Below are positions 1-7,789 of a stretch of DNA of 64,000 nt, piece by piece; within the stretch, counting starts at the first letter, position 1, and each line of letters begins with the position of its first letter. Source of the stretch: an uncultured Muribaculaceae bacterium. GTDB taxonomy: Bacteria; Bacteroidota; Bacteroidia; Bacteroidales; Muribaculaceae. The stretch is from NCBI GenBank assembly GCA_944320595.1, contig CALUIB010000017.1:296-64295 (forward strand), in the 5' to 3' direction. The translations under genes and the position numbers were made by a program. The notes under the pieces were generated by a model that saw nothing but the letters and a program-made list of their open reading frames with translations, had not been told where the DNA came from and did not search any database.

Positions 1-3000
1 TTTCGCCGTCGGCCTTGATGACTTTTACTATGTAGATGCCGCCGGGCAGTGCCGACAGGTCGGCTTGCGGCTCGCCGGTGAGCGACATCACTTGTGCGCC
101 GGCTGTGTTGTAAACCACGGCATGGCTGTAATCGCCTGTGATGTGGAGCGTGCTGCCTGCGGCATAGATGGCCACTACGTTGGCATCGTCGCTGATGCCG
201 TCGATGCCGGTCGAGCCTATGCTGAATGTGATTTCAAGCGGCTCGGAGTCGCCGGTGTCGAACTTTTGCACCACTGCTGCAGTGTGGGTACCGTTGGCAA
301 GACCGGTGAACAGGTACTCGGTATCTTGCGTGTCGGCCACTTTGGCATCGTCAAGGTAAACTTCATAACTGTTCACGTTCACAGGCATATAGCTGTTGCC
401 AACCACCTGTTCGTCAACACCGATGAACACGTCATCGACGAAGAGGATGAAGTTTTGCAGCGATGAGCTGTTGAGTACCACATACTTGGCCTCTTGTGGT
501 ATAGTGTATTCATACAGTGTGTAGGTGAGTGGTACATACCTGAGCGTATCATCGAACCATTTGAACTGGTCGAGCTCTGGCGTGGTGGTGGAGTATCCCA
601 CCCTGATGCGTTCGCGGTAGCCGTCCTGCTGCTCATACGTGCATGCTCTGAAACGGAACTTGAAGTCGCGGTAGGGTTTCAGTTCGGTCGAAATCATGTA
701 GTCGTCGCTTTCCACAATCTCGGTGCCTGTGGTGCCGCGTGCTGCGATGAAGGCGAGTGCACGTGTGCCGGAGTAAGCCGTGTTGAACAACGGTGATGAG
801 CCAAGCGGCGGCGTGGTGGCCTTGGAATTGAACGCTATGGCTGCCATCGGCTCTCCCATGTGTGGGAAGGTGGTGCTTGCGAATCCAAATGTGCTAAGGC
901 CGTCGTTGTCGATATATTGCCAACCGGCACGTCCGGCAGGGTTCAGCTCGAAGTCAGTGTAGTCGTCGCCGTCGAAATTGTCAACGATGTTGGGTTGCAT
1001 ATTCCACACCAGGCGTGCCGAAGTTCCGTCGATAAGCACGTCGAGGTTGGCCGGGAGGTCGAGGCTCTGCGTTAGTTCATAGTCGAAACTGAAGGCCACG
1101 TCTTCGCCCGATATGTTCAAACCGCCGTCTTCGATGTAGTCAAATCCGTTGTGGCGTATGACAATCGAGTAGATGCCTTTTTCCACGTTGGCAAACTCGG
1201 CCTTGCCGCCGTTGACGATTGCCGTGTAGGTGTTGTCATCGTTGTAGAGCGTGACTTTTGCTCCATCGGCGTGTGACGGGTCGGAATTTGCACCCACGTT
1301 CACCGTCACTGCGGCTATCATGTTATGTGCCACGATGCTTGAGAACGTGGCCGGGGAAGTAACGCCATTGCTATACGTTGTCTTCACGGCATACAGGTAT
1401 TCGCCGCTCGGCACATTGTTGTCGGTATAGGTTAGTTCGGTGCTGCCTGTGGCGAGCTGCGTCCACTGCGATTCGTCGTCGCGTGCCGATGCCGGCAGGC
1501 GCCATGCGGTATAAGTCATTGCCGGCACGGTGGCATCTTCCGGCTCGTCGAAGGCATACAAGGCGCGCAGCAGGAAGTGGCGCGACGGGGTGTCGCTAAG
1601 TTCGTCAAGGTAGTTGTAGGAGGTGCCGCTCATGTAGGTATTGGTATATACCTGCGTTTCGGGATGGTCGATTGTGCCGTCCTCGGTACCGCCGTCGGTG
1701 GCCACGTAGGTCTTGCCGGCAATGGCAAAGATGAAGCCGCGGTCGGTATAGAACGGTTCGGCCAGACGGTGGGTGTTCCACTCGCCGTCAACGGTGGTGA
1801 CGTTGGCCTGGTACAGCACTTCGCCCGTCGGGTTGCCGCCGTAGTCGGTGCCGAGCAGCATCAGGGTGATGTTGTTGTCGATGCTGCCGGTGGTTTGCCA
1901 TTTCAGTTCATAAATGGTGTATTCGCCCACATAAATAGTACCCACGATTTGCGACCCGGTGTAATATGAACCGTAACCGTAGGAGTCCACTGCCTCGCCG
2001 TTGTCGTACTTCAGTTCAACGAGCGGTTGTGGGCGTTCCCATGCCACAGCTATTTCGTCGCCGTCGGTGGCTGTGACGCTGTAAGGCGGCAGCACGTTCA
2101 AGTCGAGTGCGAAGTCGGTACCAGGCATATTTGCCGTCAGGCTTATGTCATTGCTTTGCTCTATGTAGAAGTTCTTGGTGATGCTGATTGTGTGGTCGCC
2201 CTCGTAAAGCATCAGGCTGTAAGTGCCGTCGCTGCCTGTGGTGGCATAGTCGCCGTCACCGGCATCCACACGTGCGCCGCTTATGGGGTTGCCATCTTTG
2301 TCGGTTACGGTGCCGCTGACGGTGTATTTTTTGAGCAATGTCAGCAAAAAGTCAACGGTAATATTGTCGCCGGCATTTAGTGTCACGTGTTCTGTTCCTT
2401 TCGAGTAGCCGGATATGTATTCTGCGGTGATGTCGTATTCGCCAGCGGGAACATCTTTGAATGTGTATTTGCCGCTGTAATCGGTTGTGGTTGAGTATTC
2501 GCCCATTGTAACTGTTGCCCCGTAGCATCCCATTGAGAAAGAGCTATTGCCATACTTCACCGTACCCGACACGGTGGCTACATTGTTTGATCCCCATTTG
2601 AAGTTGGTTATGTGCAGGCCTTCGTTTGAAGAGTAAGCACCCTCCACGTCGTAGTGCAAATAGATGCGGTAGTCGCCTTCGGTATCGACTTGTACCGGTA
2701 CCGATGCATCGTAACCGCCATAATATGCCTCCGAACCCTTTATCGTCAACGTATCGATTGCCGAAGCATCTTCGGGGGCTGTGCCCACGGGTGCAATGCG
2801 CACTTCAAGGGTTTCGGTGGGCGAATATGAGCAGTTTACTTTGAATGTGGCAAGCGTCTTTTCGCCTGCGGCCAATTTAGCCGGTGGAGAAATTAGCCAC
2901 TCGTCGGCCTCGCCGGTTGAAACTTGCGGTCCGCGGCGGAATTCCACGCCCGGGTTGCCTGTCCACAGGTTGCCTATGTGCCATGTGTTGCCGTCGGCGT

Positions 3001-4408
3001 TGCCATCGACTATGGTCCACGAGGCAAGGTCTTCTTCGGTTGTCAGTGCGCTTTCGATGGGCAGTTTAAGCGGCTCGCCTGCCTGCACGGCATTCGATTG
3101 TGCGCTGCCACCCTCGCCGCCGGCGTTAATGGCCGTCACGGTGTAGATGTAGCCGGCCCATGCGCCGCTCACCTCGTCGGTAACCGAGGTCGCGGTGGTG
3201 CTTGCTGCAACCACTTTGTCGTCGCTGCGCACCACTTTGTAGGAGATTTCGCCTTCAAGTGCGCCGCCGTTTTGCCCGGTGGTGGGGGCAGTCCAGCTCA
3301 CGGTTATGGTATTGCCTGTTGCGGTGGCTGTGATGCCAGTAGGTGCCGACGGTACGTCCTTGCCCACGTAGTCTTGGGCAAGGGCAAACATACCTTCGCC
3401 CTCGCCGTTGCTCAGCGTCACCTTGTAGGTGTAGTTGCCGGCTTGCGGCACGTTGTCGGTGTAGGTTGCGGTTTGTCCTGCGGTCACGTCATCCACTGTT
3501 CCCACGGCCTCGCCGTTGCGATATATGGTGGCGTGTGTGAGTGAGCCTATGCTGCTGCGGTTGAAGGCAGTCGTCGGGCAAGTCCATTGCAGCTCGCAGC
3601 TGTTGCTGCCGTCGGCTGCCGGGATTATGGTCAGGCCTGTTGGTGCTGCCGGGCTTTTGGGCGTGGCCTTGGTGTAGCCGGTGTAGATGCCGGCATACAG
3701 GTTGCTTTGCATCGAGCCGACGGCTGTCGATGTGCCGGCCTCGGTGTCGATTTCAAAAAGATAAGTTCCGGCCCAACTGCCGTTTACAAGGAAGTAGAGC
3801 TTGCCGGTATTCATGTCGAAGTCGAGCGAGCGCAGTGCGGCAGTGTTGGCGTAATGCCCGGTTTCAGCCACTTCGGTCATTTCGTAGGTTTCCCGGTCTA
3901 TCTTGTAAATCACGCCGCTCAGGTCGGCCGTGAACACTTCCCCCCAAAGGTTGGCTGCGATGGCAAATTGGCTGGGTTCGAGCCGGCTGAGTACGGTTGA
4001 TTCCTTGGTGCCGAGGTTGAGTTGCGACAGATAGCAGTCGGGGTAGTCATACTGGATGAACAGCAGCGACTGCGTGGTGTAGTCGTAGGTCAAATCGTTC
4101 ATCACGGGTACGTTATCCATCACCACTTCGCTGTTGCCCGTTTCAAGGTCGTAGGCCACCAATTGTGAGGAGCTTTCGCCCTCGACGTAGGCATAATAGC
4201 TGCCCTCCACAAAGGCTCCGGCCTTTACATTGACCCCGATGGAATAGAGCGAGGCAAATTGCGAAAACTCGTCAAGATTGAAGGTGGCAAGGCTCCCGTC
4301 GGTGCGGTTGTAGGCGTAAGCCGTGTTCCCTTCTTCTCGAACAGATTGTGCATAAACTGATGCAATTGATAAGCAAAATGCAATCAGAAGTAAGGTTTTT
4401 CGTAACAT
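1..4408 (-). CDS. Large secreted cell-surface protein (>1469 aa; C-terminal end runs off the left edge). It has FN3-like, two CarboxypepD_reg-like and cleaved-adhesin/choice-of-anchor-J-like regions and a T9SS C-terminal sorting tail.
   Basis: Not in the ORF track because it is open at the window edge. My minus-strand translation from ATG 4408-4406 is stop-free down to position 2. Landmarks in order: MLRKTLLLIAFCLSIASVYAQ (signal peptide), ITATATGNTITVSWTAP (FN3-like), VSGTVTDKDGNPISGARV (CarboxypepD_reg-like), GWQYIDNDGLSTFGF, and LPGGIYIVKVIKADGE (T9SS CTD-like). Confidence 0.85.
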   Translation of the reverse strand, partial: MLRKTLLLIAFCLSIASVYAQSVREEGNTAYAYNRTDGSLATFNLDEFSQFASLYSIGVNVKAGAFVEGSYYAYVEGESSSQLVAYDLETGNSEVVMDNVPVMNDLTYDYTTQSLLFIQYDYPDCYLSQLNLGTKESTVLSRLEPSQFAIAANLWGEVFTADLSGVIYKIDRETYEMTEVAETGHYANTAALRSLDFDMNTGKLYFLVNGSWAGTYLFEIDTEAGTSTAVGSMQSNLYAGIYTGYTKATPKSPAAPTGLTIIPAADGSNSCELQWTCPTTAFNRSSIGSLTHATIYRNGEAVGTVDDVTAGQTATYTDNVPQAGNYTYKVTLSNGEGEGMFALAQDYVGKDVPSAPTGITATATGNTITVSWTAPTTGQNGGALEGEISYKVVRSDDKVVAASTTATSVTDEVSGAWAGYIYTVTAINAGGEGGSAQSNAVQAGEPLKLPIESALTTEEDLASWTIVDGNADGNTWHIGNLWTGNPGVEFRRGPQVSTGEADEWLISPPAKLAAGEKTLATFKVNCSYSPTETLEVRIAPVGTAPEDASAIDTLTIKGSEAYYGGYDASVPVQVDTEGDYRIYLHYDVEGAYSSNEGLHITNFKWGSNNVATVSGTVKYGNSSFSMGCYGATVTMGEYSTTTDYSGKYTFKDVPAGEYDITAEYISGYSKGTEHVTLNAGDNITVDFLLTLLKKYTVSGTVTDKDGNPISGARVDAGDGDYATTGSDGTYSLMLYEGDHTISITKNFYIEQSNDISLTANMPGTDFALDLNVLPPYSVTATDGDEIAVAWERPQPLVELKYDNGEAVDSYGYGSYYTGSQIVGTIYVGEYTIYELKWQTTGSIDNNITLMLLGTDYGGNPTGEVLYQANVTTVDGEWNTHRLAEPFYTDRGFIFAIAGKTYVATDGGTEDGTIDHPETQVYTNTYMSGTSYNYLDELSDTPSRHFLLRALYAFDEPEDATVPAMTYTAWRLPASARDDESQWTQLATGSTELTYTDNNVPSGEYLYAVKTTYSNGVTSPATFSSIVAHNMIAAVTVNVGANSDPSHADGAKVTLYNDDNTYTAIVNGGKAEFANVEKGIYSIVIRHNGFDYIEDGGLNISGEDVAFSFDYELTQSLDLPANLDVLIDGTSARLVWNMQPNIVDNFDGDDYTDFELNPAGRAGWQYIDNDGLSTFGFASTTFPHMGEPMAAIAFNSKATTPPLGSSPLFNTAYSGTRALAFIAARGTTGTEIVESDDYMISTELKPYRDFKFRFRACTYEQQDGYRERIRVGYSTTTPELDQFKWFDDTLRYVPLTYTLYEYTIPQEAKYVVLNSSSLQNFILFVDDVFIGVDEQVVGNSYMPVNVNSYEVYLDDAKVADTQDTEYLFTGLANGTHTAAVVQKFDTGDSEPLEITFSIGSTGIDGISDDANVVAIYAAGSTLHITGDYSHAVVYNTAGAQVMSLTGEPQADLSALPGGIYIVKVIKADGE

Positions 4409-4444
4409 TCGTTATATAATGAGGTTTATGATTAATAATTTGCA

Positions 4445-4452
4445 CAAATATA
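4445..4452 (-). promoter_or_regulatory. Putative -7 promoter box (TATATTTG) for the T9SS surface-protein gene
   Basis: Exact match to the Bacteroides -7 consensus TAnnTTTG, ~37 nt upstream of ATG 4408. Confidence 0.5.
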
Positions 4453-4621
4453 ACAATATAATTTATATGCAGAAAATATCAATTATAAATTTTTTGTATT
4501 TGCCTGCGTATTTCATGGCGAAAGTGGTATTTTGCTGTTAAATCATGGTTTTTTATTGCCGCCTGCTAAAAATGTGGTGTACATATTTGTGTGAGTGAGG
4601 TAAAATGCGTATTTACCCCCC

Positions 4622-4651
4622 TGTAGAGACGCGATTAATCGCGTCTCTACA
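4622..4651. repeat. REP-like perfect palindrome TGTAGAGACGCGATTAATCGCGTCTCTACA
   Basis: 30-nt perfect inverted repeat. The same sequence recurs at 35979-36008 and variants at 34352-34377 and 34418-34447. Confidence 0.9.
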
Positions 4652-4696
4652 ACCACCAAGTTATATAAAATGTTGTAAATCAGCCGTTATTTCACC

Positions 4697-4720
4697 GAGA
4701 CGATGTATAATCGTTTCTAC
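4697..4720. repeat. Degenerate copy of the GAGACG...CGTCTC palindrome family
   Basis: GAGACGATgtataATCGTTTCTAC: arms partly conserved, 46 nt from the perfect copy. Confidence 0.6.
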
Positions 4721-4771
4721 AACTTCAATGTCGGAATTATGATACACCCACAATTTTTTGTGTGACCGCCG

Positions 4772-5467
4772 TTATATCATTCCCATCAGGTCGAGTATGG
4801 TGGGGGTGAGCAGTGCGGTGAAGATGCCGTTGATTGTCAGGCCGAGGCTTGCAAACGCCCCATACTTGCCGCTCACGTCCATCGCGCGTGAAGTACCCAT
4901 GGCGTGTGCAGCCGTGCCCATCGACAGTCCTTGTGCTATCGGGGAGCCGATGTGGGTGAGTTTCATCACGCGGAACCCGGTCATCCCACCGAATATGCCC
5001 ACGCATATCACCACTGCTGCGGTGAGCGACGGTATGCCGCCGACGGCGCGTGTCACTTCCATGGCGATGGGCGTGGTCACCGACTTGGCTGCCAGCGAGA
5101 GTACCACTTCTTGCGTGGCACCGAGCAGCCTCGCCACGAGTACCACCGATATAATGCCCACCACGCAGCCTGCAAGTTCCGACATGAGCAGCGGCAACAG
5201 TTGCTTGCGTATGGCCGAGAGTTCCTTGTATAGCGGCACTCCGAGAGCCACAACGGCTGGTTTAAGCCAAAATTCTATCAGGCGGCCGCCTTCATTGTAG
5301 GTTTCTATGCTCACGCCCGTGCATTTGAGGAATGCTATTAGCACCACTGCCGACACTAATATGGGATTGAGCACCGTCCAACCTGTGCGCAATTGCAGTA
5401 TTTGGCTTGCGGCATACACGATGAAGGTGAGTGCCAGCAGGAAGTACATATTATTTAGATATTCCAT
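4772..5467 (-). CDS. lrgB: LrgB/CidB family membrane protein
   Basis: 231-aa polytopic ORF with LrgB-like blocks (KSVTTPIAMEV, GTAAHAMGT). Overlaps the upstream lrgA-like gene by 17 nt. Confidence 0.9.
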   Translation of the reverse strand: MEYLNNMYFLLALTFIVYAASQILQLRTGWTVLNPILVSAVVLIAFLKCTGVSIETYNEGGRLIEFWLKPAVVALGVPLYKELSAIRKQLLPLLMSELAGCVVGIISVVLVARLLGATQEVVLSLAAKSVTTPIAMEVTRAVGGIPSLTAAVVICVGIFGGMTGFRVMKLTHIGSPIAQGLSMGTAAHAMGTSRAMDVSGKYGAFASLGLTINGIFTALLTPTILDLMGMI

Positions 5468-5816
5468 GGCTGCCCCCTCCCACGAGCTTTCGCATGAGCT
5501 GGTGTACCCACCCGGTGACTATGATTACGAGCATGGTGCTTAGTGCCGATGCAAGCAGGATGGGTAGCCACTGTGCGCGGATTATGTCGAAGAACAGCAT
5601 AAGCGACACTGCGGCTGGAACGAAAAAGAAACCAAGGTTCTTGACAAGGAAATTTGCCATGCCCTCGACTTGTTCGAGGCGTATGACACGGAAGTGGAGC
5701 AATGCCGTGAGCAGTAACATACCTATCATGCTCGACGGCAGCTTGATGCCTGTGAGCCACACCACTAATTCCCCGAGTGCGAGGCACCCGAAGATGATTG
5801 CACATTGAATAACCAT
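5451..5816 (-). CDS. lrgA: CidA/LrgA family holin-like protein
   Basis: 121-aa ORF with four hydrophobic helices, directly upstream of and overlapping lrgB (the canonical lrgAB arrangement). Confidence 0.85.
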   Translation of the reverse strand: MVIQCAIIFGCLALGELVVWLTGIKLPSSMIGMLLLTALLHFRVIRLEQVEGMANFLVKNLGFFFVPAAVSLMLFFDIIRAQWLPILLASALSTMLVIIVTGWVHQLMRKLVGGGSHGISK

Positions 5817-5842
5817 AAAACAATCTTACTAAAAACCGGGCG

Positions 5843-5850
5843 CAAAGTTA
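5843..5850 (-). promoter_or_regulatory. Putative -7 box (TAACTTTG) for lrgAB
   Basis: Exact TAnnTTTG match, 26 nt upstream of ATG 5816. Confidence 0.5.
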
Positions 5851-6046
5851 CCCTTATTTTTAGAAATTGTTCACACAATGATGCTGTTTTTTTGACCCGA
5901 ATGAATGCGAGCAGGCCCGATAGTGGAGAAAATCCCCATTTATTGGTGACGCGGTGCGCAAAAATACTTATTTTTAGGGATTTCTGGTGCCGTGGATAAT
6001 GGCTTACTTTGTAACCGAAAAACATAATCGTAAAAAAGACATTGTT

Positions 6047-6544
6047 ATGAAAAAGACTGTGATAATCTACGGCTCATCGACTGGCACGTGCCAGAGCATT
6101 GCCGAAACAATCGCACAGAAACTCGGAGTGGCCGACATAATGGATGTGGCAAAGGTAACTATAGCCCAGGTGCAGGGATATGACAATCTGTTGCTGGGTA
6201 CCTCGACATGGGGTGCCGGCGAGATGCAAGACGATTGGTATGGCGGAATAAAGCAGATAACCAGTGCCGACCTTAGCGGGAAGACCGTGGCACTTTTCGG
6301 TTGTGGCGACTCGCAATCCTACAGCGACACCTTTTGCGATGGAATGGGCGAGATATATCGCGAGTTGCAGGGAACTGGCTGTAACATAATAGGCGGTGTA
6401 TCGACCGACGGCTATACCTACGATGATTCCACGGCTGTGGTTGACGGTCGCTTTGTGGGGCTTGCCATCGACGATGTTAACGAGAGCGAACAGACCGAGG
6501 CACGCATAGATGCATGGGTCGAGGCTATAAAGAACCAATTGTAA
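6047..6544 (+). CDS. fldA: Flavodoxin (long-chain type)
   Basis: ORF 5987-6544. The in-frame ATG at 6047 gives MKKTVIIYGSSTGTCQ (FMN phosphate-binding loop) and GTSTWG. 165 aa. Confidence 0.9.
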   Translation: MKKTVIIYGSSTGTCQSIAETIAQKLGVADIMDVAKVTIAQVQGYDNLLLGTSTWGAGEMQDDWYGGIKQITSADLSGKTVALFGCGDSQSYSDTFCDGMGEIYRELQGTGCNIIGGVSTDGYTYDDSTAVVDGRFVGLAIDDVNESEQTEARIDAWVEAIKNQL

Positions 6545-6578
6545 AAAAAATTCCATAGCCTAATAAATCAGCTGCCCT

Positions 6579-6956
6579 ATGCCTGCATTGCCAGCCAACA
6601 TAAGCCCCGAGGTGGTACAAGTGTTCTTGAACTACATCTACGAGTTCAAGAAAGGAGTGCGCCAAATGGTGCTTTTCACTGCCGAGAAGAAGTATGCCGA
6701 ATATGCCATTCGCCGCTTGTCGAGTCAAAAGATAAACTATCTTATCCAGCCGGTGGGTGATGGCAAGATAAACTTGTTTTTCGGCCGAAGGGAGTGCATC
6801 AACGCCATCAGGCTGATGGTGACCCGTCCGCTCAACAAATTGACACCCGAGGAGGATTTCATACTTGGAGCCATGCTGGGGTATGACATTTGTGGGCAGT
6901 GTCGCCGCTACTGCGTGCGTAAGGGGCAAGTTGCCGGCGACATCGTGACGACGTGA
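6579..6956 (+). CDS. DUF2023 family protein
   Basis: 125-aa ORF immediately after the flavodoxin gene. The motif [21 protein letters not shown] and this position match the DUF2023 family as I recall it from Bacteroides. Confidence 0.7.
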   Translation: MPALPANISPEVVQVFLNYIYEFKKGVRQMVLFTAEKKYAEYAIRRLSSQKINYLIQPVGDGKINLFFGRRECINAIRLMVTRPLNKLTPEEDFILGAMLGYDICGQCRRYCVRKGQVAGDIVTT

Positions 6957-6998
6957 CGGGTACAGCTATCGCTGTTGTTCGTTAAAATATGAAACAGT

Positions 6999-7037
6999 GA
7001 AACGAATGGACGCACGACCTATGCGTCCATTCGTTTC
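6999..7037. terminator. Bidirectional hairpin between convergent genes
   Basis: GAAACGAATGGACGCA / TGCGTCCATTCGTTTC, a ~15-bp stem between the stops at 6956 (+) and 7058 (-). Confidence 0.7.
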
Positions 7038-7057
7038 ATGTTGACCATATTGCTAAG

Positions 7058-7789
7058 TCATGACAGCCAAATGGCGAAATCCTGGCGCGGTAGTTTGGGG
7101 CTGAGGATGATGACGGCCATTTTCTCGTTGGTGAACGTCATGCCGTAGGACATTTGTTCCTTGCACCGTTGCCACAGTGCCGTCATTGGACGAGACGAGC
7201 ATATATTGCGCAGCACCAGCACACCTTCTTTTTGCACCATGCTGTCGATAAGCGCGGTGGCTGCTGGGGCATCGCTGTCGGCAAGGTTGTTTATTGCCAC
7301 AAAGCGGCAGGCGGCTGAGTCTTCGGCGGCAAGTAGTTTTTCATATTCAGCTATGGCATCTTGCAACTTGTCGTGGTCGGTTATGCGGCTTTTGTACCCG
7401 GCAAGCAATTCACAAGCGGCATTGTTGTCGGTAACGGCAGGGTCGTAAATCACGGCACGGCTGCGGCGCGATACCGTTAGCAGGCTTGCGGCAGCCACTC
7501 CATAGCTTGTGCCTATCGACAGGAACAGCGGCGGATTGTAATAGTTGGCCACGCGGAACAGGGCCGCCGCTTCGCTTATGGATATTACCCGCGGCTTGTA
7601 GCCTTGCACGGCCTGTGTGCGTTCTGTCACCGCGAGCCGCAATTGTTGCAGATGGTCGTAGCAATAATAACCATATTCCTCGTCGAGCACGTTCTTGATA
7701 AAATTGAATGCAAATGGTGAATGTACGCCAAATCCCTTTGCGGTGTGCATTCGCGACAGTGCCGAGCCTAAGTGTTTCAGTTTGCCCAT
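7058..7789 (-). CDS. Hypothetical protein, possibly a SAM-dependent methyltransferase-like fold
   Basis: 243-aa ORF overlapping the yfhO-like stop by 13 nt. GFGVHSPFAF is at the N-terminus. SIGTSYGVAAASL could be a degenerate motif I. Function uncertain. Confidence 0.55.
   Translation of the reverse strand: MGKLKHLGSALSRMHTAKGFGVHSPFAFNFIKNVLDEEYGYYCYDHLQQLRLAVTERTQAVQGYKPRVISISEAAALFRVANYYNPPLFLSIGTSYGVAAASLLTVSRRSRAVIYDPAVTDNNAACELLAGYKSRITDHDKLQDAIAEYEKLLAAEDSAACRFVAINNLADSDAPAATALIDSMVQKEGVLVLRNICSSRPMTALWQRCKEQMSYGMTFTNEKMAVIILSPKLPRQDFAIWLS

Noticed and set aside
65-4000. Numerous plus-strand ORFs (for example 2924-3544 at 206 aa and 3587-4000 at 137 aa) listed across the first 4 kb
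   Set aside because: They are Ala/Gly/Val/Arg-rich shadow ORFs antisense to a continuous 1469-codon minus-strand reading frame with clear domain content.
4622-4651. Paired CGTCTC/GAGACG (a type IIS recognition sequence) in every palindrome arm, considered as a link to a restriction-modification function
   Set aside because: Nothing in the window encodes a matching enzyme, and the solitary MTase specificity is unknown. This is a coincidence until shown otherwise.
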